Part shown: piece after piece, positions 29,140-38,073 of the stretch
Position numbering within the stretch: the first letter of the stretch is position 1
How the letters are laid out: every line of letters starts with the position of its first letter
NCBI GenBank assembly: GCA_007378955.1
Contig: VMGY01000002.1
Span: 1 to 53,965 of the forward strand
Length of the DNA: 53,965 nucleotides
Source: Parcubacteria group bacterium Athens0714_12
GTDB taxonomy: Bacteria; Patescibacteriota; Patescibacteriia; UBA2591; VMGY01
Reading direction: 5' to 3'
Notes under the pieces: generated by a model
What the model was told of the DNA's origin: nothing
Seen by the model: only the letters and a program-made list of their open reading frames with translations
The model's database searches: none
Made by a program: the position numbers and the translations under genes

Positions 29140-30873
29140 TTATTTCTCCGGTGGAATTTGGTAATAGTTTAGCATAAACTCGGCTAATTTTCCAAATAAA
29201 GGAGCGGCGCTGCTTTCCGCCCAGGCAACATCTTTAGGGTTATCTATCTTAACCAGCATGGCAAATTTTGGGTCATCAACCGGCGCGAAACCGGCGAACG
29301 AACCAATATTTACGCCCTCCTCATAGCCGCGTCCATCTTTCTTGGGTACCTGCGCCGTGCCCGTCTTTCCCGCCACGTAATATCCTTTTACTCCGGCGTT
29401 TTTACCATGGCCATTCTCCACCACGCTCACCAACATTGCTCCTAAAGTGCTGGCTGTATTTGATGAAATAACCTCTCTGATCAATTTGGGCTTAATTTCT
29501 GAAATTTCTTCATTAGAATAAATTATTTTCTCCACTAAATAAGGTTTCATTAATTTTCCTTTGTTGGCAATCGCGGAAAAAGCGCTCACAACTTGCAATG
29601 GAGTAACGCTGATTCCTTGGCCGAAAGAAGCGGTAGCGGAATAAATTTCTTCTTTCTGGCTCAAGGAGTTTATATCTCCTTTACCTTCAACGGGAAGTTC
29701 TATGTCCGTAATTTTTCCAAAGCCGAATTTTTCCACATAATCTTTGAAAATTTTTACTCCGACTTGCCTAACCGCGAAAATAGCGCCGGTATTCAAAGAC
29801 TCTTCTAAAACTTTTATCATATTGACTGCGCCGTGTTCTTTTTTATCTGAATTTTCAATAGTATGCCCGTCTATTTTGACAAATCCCTCGTCTTGGTAAG
29901 TGGTTTGCGGCGTAACTTTTTTTTCTTCCAAAGCCGCCGCCATCGTGATGGCTTTAAAGATCGAACCGGGCTCATAAGTGTAAGAAATAGCCGGATTGGC
30001 AAATAAATTCAAATCTTTAATTTGCCCGTAATTATTAGGGTCAAAATCAGGATAATTGCAAAGGGCTAAAATCTTGCCGGTTTTCGGCTCCATAATAATA
30101 ACCGTTCCTCCGTCAGCGCCATGCTCTTGAACTGTATTTTTTAATTCTTCGCAAGTTTTATATTGGATTGTCCTTTCAAGGGTTAAAATTAAATCCGCCC
30201 CATTTTTTGCTTTTTCAAGATTATAATCCGAAAGAAAAATCAATGACCCTAAGGCGCTTCTTTTCGCCTCCAAGCTTCCCTTCTGTCCCGACAAAATTTT
30301 TTCATAATATTCTTCCAAGCCGTATTGCCCGGCCTTCCCATCGCCTTGATAGCCGATAAATCCGGTCAGCTGGCTGAAAAGATTTTTTTCCGGATAAAAT
30401 CTCTTTGTTTCCGGAATGAATTCTACGCCTTTTATTTTTAATGTTTTTATTTCTTCTACTTTTTCTTTAGCCACATAATGCTTTAAAATTTCATAAAAAT
30501 CATTTTCCTTGGACAATTTCGGCAAAATATCTTCTTTTGAAAGCTCTAAAATAGGCGCGATTGTTTCAGCTGTTTTTTCGGGTTCTTTAATATGAACCGG
30601 TACCGCAAAGACCAAATACAATTCAAGATTAGCGGCAATCGGATAAAGTTTTTCTTTTTTATCCTTAATAAATATTTTTCCGCGCGTCGGATAAAGCTCT
30701 TCGGAAAATTGCTGGCTCCCCGAAGCCAAAGCAATGTAAAAATTATGCTTTACAATCTGCAAATTAAACAAGCGGATAATTATCAAAGAATAAAAAATAA
30801 AAATCACTACGATAGGTAGTGTAAAACAATCTGAAATTTTTTTATTTTTCAGTTTTTTTTTATTAAAAATCAT
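29140..30873 (-). CDS. ftsI: Class B penicillin-binding protein (FtsI-like)
   Basis: RGKIF, YEPGSIFK (SxxK), SLN (SxN), KTGTAQ; dcw context. Confidence 0.88.
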   Translation of the reverse strand: MIFNKKKLKNKKISDCFTLPIVVIFIFYSLIIIRLFNLQIVKHNFYIALASGSQQFSEELYPTRGKIFIKDKKEKLYPIAANLELYLVFAVPVHIKEPEKTAETIAPILELSKEDILPKLSKENDFYEILKHYVAKEKVEEIKTLKIKGVEFIPETKRFYPEKNLFSQLTGFIGYQGDGKAGQYGLEEYYEKILSGQKGSLEAKRSALGSLIFLSDYNLEKAKNGADLILTLERTIQYKTCEELKNTVQEHGADGGTVIIMEPKTGKILALCNYPDFDPNNYGQIKDLNLFANPAISYTYEPGSIFKAITMAAALEEKKVTPQTTYQDEGFVKIDGHTIENSDKKEHGAVNMIKVLEESLNTGAIFAVRQVGVKIFKDYVEKFGFGKITDIELPVEGKGDINSLSQKEEIYSATASFGQGISVTPLQVVSAFSAIANKGKLMKPYLVEKIIYSNEEISEIKPKLIREVISSNTASTLGAMLVSVVENGHGKNAGVKGYYVAGKTGTAQVPKKDGRGYEEGVNIGSFAGFAPVDDPKFAMLVKIDNPKDVAWAESSAAPLFGKLAEFMLNYYQIPPEK

Positions 30874-30884
30874 CTAAATAAATT

Positions 30885-31066
30885 AGATCTGCTGCGTAAT
30901 AATTTTTCGTCGGGATCCTTCGCTTCACTCAGGACAGGCTCTGAAATTTTGGCTGCAAATTATTCAGAACTCCTCGCCTTATACTCTGTATAAAGCTTTG
31001 TCGTCCTTCATAATTTTCGCTCAAAATTTCAAGTTGCAGCAGAAAAGATTATTGCGCGGCAGGTCT
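30885..31066. mobile_element. MITE-like family B, copy 2, with nested family H hairpin at 30914..30941
   Basis: TIR agatctgctgcg / cgcggcaggtct; flanks ATT/ATC; 70-bp core near-identical to copy 1. Confidence 0.85.
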
Positions 31067-31067
31067 A

Positions 31068-31430
31068 TCATCTGCGCGCTGTTACGGAAACTGACGAAGA
31101 GATATAATCCACTTGGCCGGCCTTCACCATATTTAATTCTTTTTTAAGCTTTTCTATGTTTGACAAAGATTGTAACTCGGTCACATTCATTTCTAAATTT
31201 TTATTTTTCTGCTCAATATCATTTATTTTATCTTCCAAGCTCTTAATTTCAAACCCCTTGATCGCCAAATCATTTATCTGGAATAGATAGGTTATTGCCA
31301 ATAAAAAAACTGTGATAAATAAAAACGCGGACATTTTATGCTTAAGATTCAAATTTTTTAAAAAACCTTTTTTCGCGGGATAATAATGTTTCTTTGTATT
31401 TTTCTTGGAAAAGACAAATAAAGGAGACAT
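31068..31430 (-). CDS. ftsL: FtsL-like cell division protein
   Basis: Single TM plus coiled coil; between rsmH and ftsI. Confidence 0.7.
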   Translation of the reverse strand: MSPLFVFSKKNTKKHYYPAKKGFLKNLNLKHKMSAFLFITVFLLAITYLFQINDLAIKGFEIKSLEDKINDIEQKNKNLEMNVTELQSLSNIEKLKKELNMVKAGQVDYISSSVSVTARR

Positions 31431-31457
31431 AAAATATAATTTAATTGATAATGGGAA

Positions 31458-32402
31458 TTATAATTTCTCCGCCACTCTTAGTTTGGCGCTTCTGCCGCGC
31501 GCGTTTTCTTCAACTTCCTCTAAGCTTGGCCTGATTGGCTTTTTGGTAATTATTTTCAGACCGCTTTTTTCTTTAAAAAATCTTTTGACTATTCTGTCTT
31601 CCAAAGAATGGAAGCTAATCACCGCCAATCTTCCTTCCGGCGCTAAAATTTCAATCGCCTGGGGCAAAACTTTCCTTAAAACGCCTAATTCGTCATTAAC
31701 CGCTATCCTTAAGGCCTGAAAAACTCTGGTGGCAAAATGAATTCTTGAATGCTGGAATCTGAAAGGAACCGCTTTTTTTATAACTTCAACTAATTGGTTA
31801 GTTGTTTTAATAAAATCTGTTTTTCTTGACTCTATGATTTTTCCCGCGATTCTTTTGCTGAATCTCTCTTCTCCATATTTTTCAAAAATTTCAGCCAACT
31901 CTTCTTCTTCGTATGAATTAATTATTTTTTCAGCCGTTAAATCATCATTTAAATCAAATCTCATATCCAATGGCTCATCCCTTAAAAATGAAAAACCTCG
32001 GCCGCTTTTTTCCAATAAATCAGAACTAAGCCCTAAATCCAGCAAGATACCGTTAACCCCGTTAGAAAGCCCCGTCCCCTGTGACTCTTTATTTTTAGAA
32101 AGAGCGGTTGAGTTTGAAGATCCGCCCTTTCTAACGGGGTTAACCGGAAAAAAATTATTTTTTTCAGCGATTAATTTTAAATTAGCGAAATTTTCTTGAA
32201 CTAAAATCAAATTCTTGATTCCTTGCAATCTTTTAATCGCTTCTTTATCCAAATCAATGCCTAAAACCTTTCCTTCAGGCTCTATTTTTTTTAAAATAGC
32301 TAAACTATGCCCGCCGCCGCCAAGAGTGCAATCAATAAAATTTTGATTGGCTCGCGGATTCAAATATTCAATTATCTCTTTCAAAAGAACTGGTTTATGC
32401 AT
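31458..32402 (-). CDS. rsmH: 16S rRNA m4C1402 methyltransferase with a 29-aa insertion
   Basis: HKPVLL, DCTLGGGGHS, LLDLGLSS, RGFSF, PLDMR, FQALRIAVN, ISFHSLEDR, RSAKLR. Confidence 0.96.
   Translation of the reverse strand: MHKPVLLKEIIEYLNPRANQNFIDCTLGGGGHSLAILKKIEPEGKVLGIDLDKEAIKRLQGIKNLILVQENFANLKLIAEKNNFFPVNPVRKGGSSNSTALSKNKESQGTGLSNGVNGILLDLGLSSDLLEKSGRGFSFLRDEPLDMRFDLNDDLTAEKIINSYEEEELAEIFEKYGEERFSKRIAGKIIESRKTDFIKTTNQLVEVIKKAVPFRFQHSRIHFATRVFQALRIAVNDELGVLRKVLPQAIEILAPEGRLAVISFHSLEDRIVKRFFKEKSGLKIITKKPIRPSLEEVEENARGRSAKLRVAEKL
32057..32139. mobile_element. MITE-like family C element (83 bp) in frame in rsmH
   Basis: TIR ccccgttagaaag / ctttctaacgggg; TTAA on both sides; 83+4=87 nt. 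Confidence 0.92.
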
Positions 32403-32447
32403 TTTGTTGTTGGTTGTAAATTGTAGGTTGTTAGTTATTAGTTATCC

Positions 32448-32879
32448 CTAAGCGTTCATCTCTCCTAAAGTTTCGGCGATGTTTTCACTTTCTTCTTCCG
32501 CGCCTTGTTTATACTTTTCCCATTTTTCCTCATCCCAAATTTCCAAACGATTATACAAACCGGCAATCACTGCCTTCTTTTTTATGCCGGCGAATTTTCT
32601 TAAATAATCAGGCAAGATAACTCTTCCCTGTTTGTCTATTTCTATATCCATCGCGCCGGCTAACATAAATCTGGCAAATCCCCTGCTGTTAGATTTATTA
32701 ATTGGCAGCTTGGCTAATTTATCAGCCAATTTTTCCCACTCGCTTTGAGTGTATAAAAATAAACAATTATCCAATCCCTTAGTTACGACCGCGCCTTTTT
32801 CCAACTGATTGCGAAATTTGATTGGCACAGCCAATCTTCCTTTTTCATCAATATTGTGATGATATTCGCCGATGAACAT
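32448..32879 (-). CDS. mraZ: Division/cell wall cluster repressor MraZ
   Basis: MFIGEYHHNIDEKGRLAVP, DKQGRVILP, RLEIW. Confidence 0.97.
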   Translation of the reverse strand: MFIGEYHHNIDEKGRLAVPIKFRNQLEKGAVVTKGLDNCLFLYTQSEWEKLADKLAKLPINKSNSRGFARFMLAGAMDIEIDKQGRVILPDYLRKFAGIKKKAVIAGLYNRLEIWDEEKWEKYKQGAEEESENIAETLGEMNA

Positions 32880-32973
32880 AAATTTTTCGAATTATTACAA
32901 ATTCTATATTTCTAATTAATTCGTGGAGATTCGTTCTAATTCGTAATAATTGACGAATGAGTTATGCACAATT

Positions 32974-33039
32974 TTCTCCACTTATCCCCACTTTTATCCA
33001 CCATAGTTTAATTATAAACCACTTTACCCCATTGGTCAA
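32974..33039 (-). promoter_or_regulatory. dcw promoter with MraZ-type binding repeats
   Basis: Minus strand TTGACC-N17-TATAAT followed by three GTGG repeats at 10-bp spacing. Confidence 0.8.
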
Positions 33040-33133
33040 CCATTACGCAAGTATGATTTTCCCTTTATTTAAAACAAAAAAACAAGGGCTAACCTTGTTA
33101 TGTGTATTATTTGTGGATAACTTAAGTCTTTGT

Positions 33134-33610
33134 TTAAATTTTCGACTCGCCGTGGAGGGTCAGAATATTAGGCTCCTTGCCGTAAAACGGCATAATCGGC
33201 TTAAAAAATTTTGGCGGGAAAAAATCTATTTTTCCCGTTGAATTTGTTTTAACGCCTTTAATCGGAAGATTTAAACTCCAAGCCAAAGCATTCGCGATTG
33301 ATATACCCGCTCTTAAAGAAGTAAAAGCTCCCGGCCCCTTAACAACGATTATCCCTTTTAAATCCTTGCCCCGTAGGATATTGCCAATCTTATCAAATTT
33401 TAATAAATCTTTTGCTGGAGATAATTTTGAAGAAAATATCCTATGGGGTTTGATTTTTATTTTATTATTCTTTAATAATTTATCTATCACTAATAATAAT
33501 TTTTCCGTTTCTCCGAATTCTCTTTTAAAATTAATTTTTTGGATTAATTTTCCTTCTTTTATCAAAGCGACTGATTTATTTTCTAACGCCGTGTCAATAA
33601 AAAGCAACAT
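33134..33610 (-). CDS. tsaB: Short TsaB (t6A37 biosynthesis) with a 28-aa insertion
   Basis: MLLFIDT, VKGPGAFTSLRAGISIANALAW, PFYGKEPNI. Confidence 0.85.
   Translation of the reverse strand: MLLFIDTALENKSVALIKEGKLIQKINFKREFGETEKLLLVIDKLLKNNKIKIKPHRIFSSKLSPAKDLLKFDKIGNILRGKDLKGIIVVKGPGAFTSLRAGISIANALAWSLNLPIKGVKTNSTGKIDFFPPKFFKPIMPFYGKEPNILTLHGESKI
33369..33448. mobile_element. MITE-like family C element (80 bp) in frame in tsaB
   Basis: TIR ccccgtaggatatt / aatatcctatgggg; flanks cttg/tttg; 80+4=84 nt. Confidence 0.85.
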
Positions 33611-33633
33611 ACTAAAATTGTTAAAATTATCTT

Positions 33634-34278
33634 TTATTTTAAATTATCTATTAAAACCACTTTTTTATTTTCTAAAATATCAAATAAAAAACAATCCGTT
33701 AAATCGCTCCGGTATTTAAATTCCTGTAAACTCATAACCGTATAATTAATTTCTCTTCCCAAATCAGTTTCTATTTTTTTAATTAAATATTTAATCTTTT
33801 TTCTTTTCACCCTGCCAACCACCAACAAATCCGTTTTAGAAGGCGTGTTGGTAAAAAATCCGGACAGCGCCAAATAATAAATTTTGCCTAATTTTTTAAT
33901 TCTCGCGACTAAAAATTCTTCTAAAAGAAGTTGTGATTTCGCTAAAAGGGCTTTTAATTCGGGATAAAGAATAAAATCTTTATTCAAAATATAATGCTGT
34001 TCAAACTTTATTTTATCTTCCATTCGCTCAACGGTTAATGGCTCTTTTTCGCCTTTTTCTTTAATATTTTTTTTAGCCGGCTTCTTGGGAGGCGCTTTCG
34101 CTTTTACCTCCTTGATTAAATTTAAATTTTTTAAATTTTCTATTTCTTTCTTGACGGAATTAATTTTAAGGCCGGTTCTCTGGCAAATATCTTTTAAATA
34201 ATAAACTGCTAAATCATTGATTAAAAATAATCTTAATAATTTAACTCTTGTTTTTGAAGCAAAAAGTCTTTCAAGCAT
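33634..34278 (-). CDS. Winged-helix protein with nucleotidyltransferase-like C-terminal domain
   Basis: LFASKTRVKLLRLF HTH start; LSGFFT..TDLLVVG..INYTVMS..EFKYR. Confidence 0.65.
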   Translation of the reverse strand: MLERLFASKTRVKLLRLFLINDLAVYYLKDICQRTGLKINSVKKEIENLKNLNLIKEVKAKAPPKKPAKKNIKEKGEKEPLTVERMEDKIKFEQHYILNKDFILYPELKALLAKSQLLLEEFLVARIKKLGKIYYLALSGFFTNTPSKTDLLVVGRVKRKKIKYLIKKIETDLGREINYTVMSLQEFKYRSDLTDCFLFDILENKKVVLIDNLK

Positions 34279-34281
34279 AAT

Positions 34282-34297
34282 TATTCATATATGAATA
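34282..34297. promoter_or_regulatory. Perfect 16-bp palindrome, candidate operator
   Basis: TATTCATATATGAATA, 3 bp upstream of the wHTH gene ATG, within a divergent intergenic region. Confidence 0.5.
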
Positions 34298-34347
34298 TTT
34301 ATATATATATAGTATAATACTCTTATAATCCGATGTAAACCCATCTT

Positions 34348-36405
34348 ATGATTGGATATAATTTAGAAATGGCCAAACTTTTTATCTATAATGCTAAAAA
34401 AAGCAAATCTTTCCCCTATTGCGATATTTCTTTATTCGCGGATGAAAAAAATCCTTTAATCATGCTGGGAGAAATCAAGCTGAATATTCCGGAAAATAAA
34501 AAAATCTTGCAATTTATTTTTGACTCTTTTAAAAAGCATTATCAAATATTATCCATAGACAGCCTTGTTAATAATTTAGAATTGCGGCTTGAAAGCGCCT
34601 TGCAAAAAACCAACCAAGAATTGCAAGTAGAATTAATAAGAAGGAATAAAAAAGAATGGCTGGAAAAATGCAGTTTGCTTATCGGCGCGATGGAGGAGAA
34701 AATGGTCCATTTTACTTATTTGGGCGATGAAATGGAAATTTTTTTAATCCGGGGCAATAAAATTATTAATGTTTTAAATGGCCGAGCGAGCAATAAAATA
34801 AATCCTTTGAAAATATTTACCCACATAACCTCGGGAAGTTTGAATGGCAATGACAATCTCCTTTTTTGCAATTCAGCTCTTTTGGATTATTTTTCCCAAG
34901 AAAAACTTAGAAAAGTTATTTTAAGCAATCCCCCGGAAAAGGCCTGCCAATACCTGAAATCATTGATTATTACCGAATTAGAATCAAAAACCAGCGTCAT
35001 CGCCGCGATCTTTAAAATATCTTCATTTAAAATAAAAGAAACGTTGCCTCCCTTGCCCCAAGAGCAAGAAATAGAGATCGAAGCAAAGTCTTCTCCCCTG
35101 CCGATGCCTCAAATTATTTCCTCGCCGCCGATTTTTAAAAAATGGCTGGAAATATTTTTAAACAAATTAAATTTTCTTTTAGATTTTTTAAAAAAGATTA
35201 AAAGCCTTGCCGTTAAAATCGCGCCTTTCTTTAAAGAAAAGTTTTCCATAAAAAAATTAAAAGAAAAAATCGCGGTACTTAAAATTAAATTTAAATTTTT
35301 ATCGCCTTACCATAAAATAATCCTTTTGACCTGCTTGTTTCTTTTTCTTTTGTTCGCCCAAAGCATTGCTTTCCTTGGCGGAAAGCAAATAGCTAAAAAA
35401 CAACAAATTGAAGAAAATAAAATAACCATGGAAATTCAAGACAAGCAAATAGATATAGAAATTTCGCTGAATTACGGGGATAAAGAAAAAGCGGAAAAAA
35501 CAGCCCTTGAAACAAAATTAATGATTCAAAAACTTTCTTCCCGAACCGAAAAACAAAAAAATTTAATCAAAGAATTGGAAGAAAAAAATCAAATTTTATT
35601 GAATAAAGCTCGAGATATTTTTATCGCCAAGCCCGAATTAATCGCCAGCCTTTCATCCCTGAAAGAAAGTTTTAATCCTCAAAAATTATTTTTCTCCGGA
35701 CAAGAGCTTTACGCGCTTGACTTGGAAAATAACATTTTTTCTAAAACCGTTCTTCAAAATAAAGAGACTTCTTTCAATGAAATGCCATCGGAGGAAAAAT
35801 TTAAAGCCGCGGTCTTGCTGGATAATGAAAACTTGCTGCTTGTCGACGCCGAAGGAAAATTATCAAAGCTTAATCTGAAAGAAAATTCATTGACTGATTA
35901 TAAAATTAATTCGGAAAAAGAAAAAGAAATCCGAGACGCGGCGATTTATCAGGATAAACTTTATTTATTGGACATAAAAAATAATCAAATTTTAAAATAC
36001 AAAAAAATACAAAATGAATTTTCAGAGGAAGCAAATTGGCTGAAAGAAAAAATGACCCTTGAAGATTCAACTTCTTTCGCGATTGACGGCAATGTCTATT
36101 TAACAAAAGAAAACGGCCAAATTTTAAAACTATATAAAGGAAAGATAGAAAACTTTAACATTTCTAATTTAAAAGGAGAACCGATAAAAGAAAAAATTAA
36201 AGTATTCACTGATTTGGAAATGAAATTTATTTACCTCCTTGACTCTCTAAACAAAAGGGTGGTAATTATCAATAAAGAAAATAAAACCATAGAGAAGCAA
36301 TTAAAATGCGAAGAATTTTTTGCCGTGAATAATTTGCTGATCTTGGAAAAAGAGAAAAAAATTTATTTATTAAGCGAAAGAAATCTTTTTGAAATTAAAA
36401 TTTAA
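34348..36405 (+). CDS. Membrane protein: degenerate PP2C-like N-terminus, TM, C-terminal beta-propeller
   Basis: SGSLNGNDNLLFCN; TM around aa 325-345; YQDKLYLLD, FAIDGNVY, IYLLD repeats. Confidence 0.6.
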   Translation: MIGYNLEMAKLFIYNAKKSKSFPYCDISLFADEKNPLIMLGEIKLNIPENKKILQFIFDSFKKHYQILSIDSLVNNLELRLESALQKTNQELQVELIRRNKKEWLEKCSLLIGAMEEKMVHFTYLGDEMEIFLIRGNKIINVLNGRASNKINPLKIFTHITSGSLNGNDNLLFCNSALLDYFSQEKLRKVILSNPPEKACQYLKSLIITELESKTSVIAAIFKISSFKIKETLPPLPQEQEIEIEAKSSPLPMPQIISSPPIFKKWLEIFLNKLNFLLDFLKKIKSLAVKIAPFFKEKFSIKKLKEKIAVLKIKFKFLSPYHKIILLTCLFLFLLFAQSIAFLGGKQIAKKQQIEENKITMEIQDKQIDIEISLNYGDKEKAEKTALETKLMIQKLSSRTEKQKNLIKELEEKNQILLNKARDIFIAKPELIASLSSLKESFNPQKLFFSGQELYALDLENNIFSKTVLQNKETSFNEMPSEEKFKAAVLLDNENLLLVDAEGKLSKLNLKENSLTDYKINSEKEKEIRDAAIYQDKLYLLDIKNNQILKYKKIQNEFSEEANWLKEKMTLEDSTSFAIDGNVYLTKENGQILKLYKGKIENFNISNLKGEPIKEKIKVFTDLEMKFIYLLDSLNKRVVIINKENKTIEKQLKCEEFFAVNNLLILEKEKKIYLLSERNLFEIKI

Positions 36406-36439
36406 TTTTATTTTTTTAAAAATTTTATTCGCTTAACAC

Positions 36440-36568
36440 GGGATTGCTTCGTCGTCGGACTTGAGTCCTCCTCCTCGCAATGACACTCTTCCTTTTGTCA
36501 TTGCGAGCGAGGCAGCAGCCGAGCGCGGCAATCCCGTTGTCTATCGCGCCCCCCTTTGTCATTGCGAG
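36440..36568. repeat. Family D cluster
   Basis: gggattgcttcg...ctcgcaatgac; gtcattgcgagc...gcggcaatccc. Confidence 0.9.
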
Positions 36569-36589
36569 AAACAAAATAAAAACGCGATA

Positions 36590-36624
36590 AAAAAGAACTC
36601 CGCTTTAAAACGGAATTCTTTTTT
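36590..36624. terminator. Terminator downstream of rplL
   Basis: aaaagaactccg-ctttaaaa-cggaattctttt with A/T runs on both sides. Confidence 0.65.
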
Positions 36625-36646
36625 ATTAAAACGCTCTTTGATAAAT

Positions 36647-37075
36647 CTATTTGAGAGTTACTTTCGCGCCAGCTTCTTCCAATTTCTTTTTAATCGTTTC
36701 CGCTTCTTCTTTGGCGGCGCCTTCTTTGATAATCTTAGGAGCGGCTTCTACTAAATCTTTGGCTTCTTTCAAGCCCTTTTGGGTAATCTCTCTGACTGCT
36801 TTAATCACATTTATTTTATTCGCCCCCATCTCCGTAAGCTCAACATTAAAGCTGGTTTTTTCTTCAGCTTGAGTTTCAGCTCCCGCGGCGGAAGCAACGG
36901 CCGCGCCAGCCATCATTTGAGGCTGGGAAGAAACGCCGAATTTTTCTTCTAAAACCTTAACTAACTCCGCTAAATCCAAGGCGCTTAAGTTAGAAATTTT
37001 TTCCACTAAATCTTTAAATTTAGCGGGAACTTCTTTCTCTTCTTGTTCTTGATTTTGTTTTTTTTCTTCTGACAT
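36647..37075 (-). CDS. rplL: 50S ribosomal protein L7/L12
   Basis: [40 protein letters not shown]. Confidence 0.98.
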   Translation of the reverse strand: MSEEKKQNQEQEEKEVPAKFKDLVEKISNLSALDLAELVKVLEEKFGVSSQPQMMAGAAVASAAGAETQAEEKTSFNVELTEMGANKINVIKAVREITQKGLKEAKDLVEAAPKIIKEGAAKEEAETIKKKLEEAGAKVTLK

Positions 37076-37128
37076 AAATTTTCCTTAGGTTTAATAATAA
37101 CAAGCAAATTATCTTGCCATTATATTAA

Positions 37129-37647
37129 TTATTTTTTTGATAAATTATTTAAAAGGCAAGTTAATCCTCTTAAATTCCCTTGTAAAACATTGACTAAGCG
37201 ACTTACGGGCGATTTAATTTGCCATAACAATTTACTTATTAATTCCGGCTTGGACGGCAATTTGGATAATTCCAATACTTTTTCTAAATTAATAAATTTT
37301 CTTTCCAAAATACCTCCTTTTATTTTCAACGCTTTATGCTCTTTACTGAATTTAGTTAAAACCTTGACTGGCGTTATTTCATCTTCATAACCGAATAATA
37401 TGCCTAAACCGCCTTCCATTTCGCCAAGCTTGATATCTTCTATCCCCGCGTTTTTTAAAGATAATTCAGTCAAAGTTTTTTTAGATATTATATAATCGCT
37501 CTGTTGTTTTTTTAATAAATTTTTTAATTCTTGAATTTCTTTGACCTTTAAGCCAAAATAATCGGCAAAAACAGCGATTTTCATTTTGCCGAATTTTTCT
37601 TTTAAATTTTCGACCATTTGTTTTTTTTGTTCTTTTGTTTTAGCCAT
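37129..37647 (-). CDS. rplJ: 50S ribosomal protein L10
   Basis: ADYFGLKV, KKTL, IKGGILE, LSKLPSK; upstream of rplL. Confidence 0.95.
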   Translation of the reverse strand: MAKTKEQKKQMVENLKEKFGKMKIAVFADYFGLKVKEIQELKNLLKKQQSDYIISKKTLTELSLKNAGIEDIKLGEMEGGLGILFGYEDEITPVKVLTKFSKEHKALKIKGGILERKFINLEKVLELSKLPSKPELISKLLWQIKSPVSRLVNVLQGNLRGLTCLLNNLSKK

Positions 37648-37684
37648 AATGATATTTTTTAACGCAACAAATTACGAATCCCTG

Positions 37685-37728
37685 TCAGCAGGGTAGGTTG
37701 AATGACGTCATCCAACCTACCCTGCTGA
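37685..37728. repeat. GTAG-type REP-like palindrome in the rplJ 5' UTR
   Basis: tcagcagggtaggttg-aatgacgtcatc-caacctaccctgctga. Confidence 0.75.
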
Positions 37729-37741
37729 TTTAGTCATAAAA

Positions 37742-37825
37742 TTAAAAATCTGCATTACCGCAGATTTAAAAGACTTTCGCCTAAATAGGATATTAAGCCT
37801 TTCAGCGCCTATTTTCTACGGCAGA
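37742..37825 (-). promoter_or_regulatory. L10 ribosomal protein leader RNA with attenuator hairpin
   Basis: Minus strand CCGTAGAAAATAGG...TTAATATCCTATTTAGG (L10-leader pattern) then AAATCTGC-GGTAAT-GCAGATTTTT. Confidence 0.8.
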
Positions 37826-37833
37826 TATTGATT

Positions 37834-38008
37834 GAGATGGTTGCAAAACTGCTTCGGCTGCAATTTGCTATTTTCAGCCAATGCTTCGTCAAGCTGCGTA
37901 AAATGATTTTCGCCGTAATTCTATTACGGTTCAAATCATTTTACTTGCTTTCCTCGCCTTGGCTGAAACTATCTAAATTTCGCGACAAAACAGTTTTGCA
38001 ACCATCTC
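37834..38008. mobile_element. MITE-like family A, complete (175 bp)
   Basis: 18-bp perfect TIR gagatggttgcaaaactg / cagttttgcaaccatctc; ATT on both flanks. Confidence 0.9.
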
Positions 38009-38017
38009 ATTGTTTAT

Positions 38018-38046
38018 ATTTTAAACAAAAACAGAATTTATGTCAA
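38018..38046 (-). promoter_or_regulatory. Sigma70 promoter of rplJL
   Basis: Minus strand TTGACA-N17-TAAAAT. Confidence 0.75.
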
Positions 38047-38073
38047 GTACATGTACAAGATGAGTGCATATTT

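Noticed and set aside
33112-33120. DnaA boxes (tgtggataa here and at 50919) as oriC
   Set aside because: Isolated boxes near promoters, no cluster and no dnaA/dnaN
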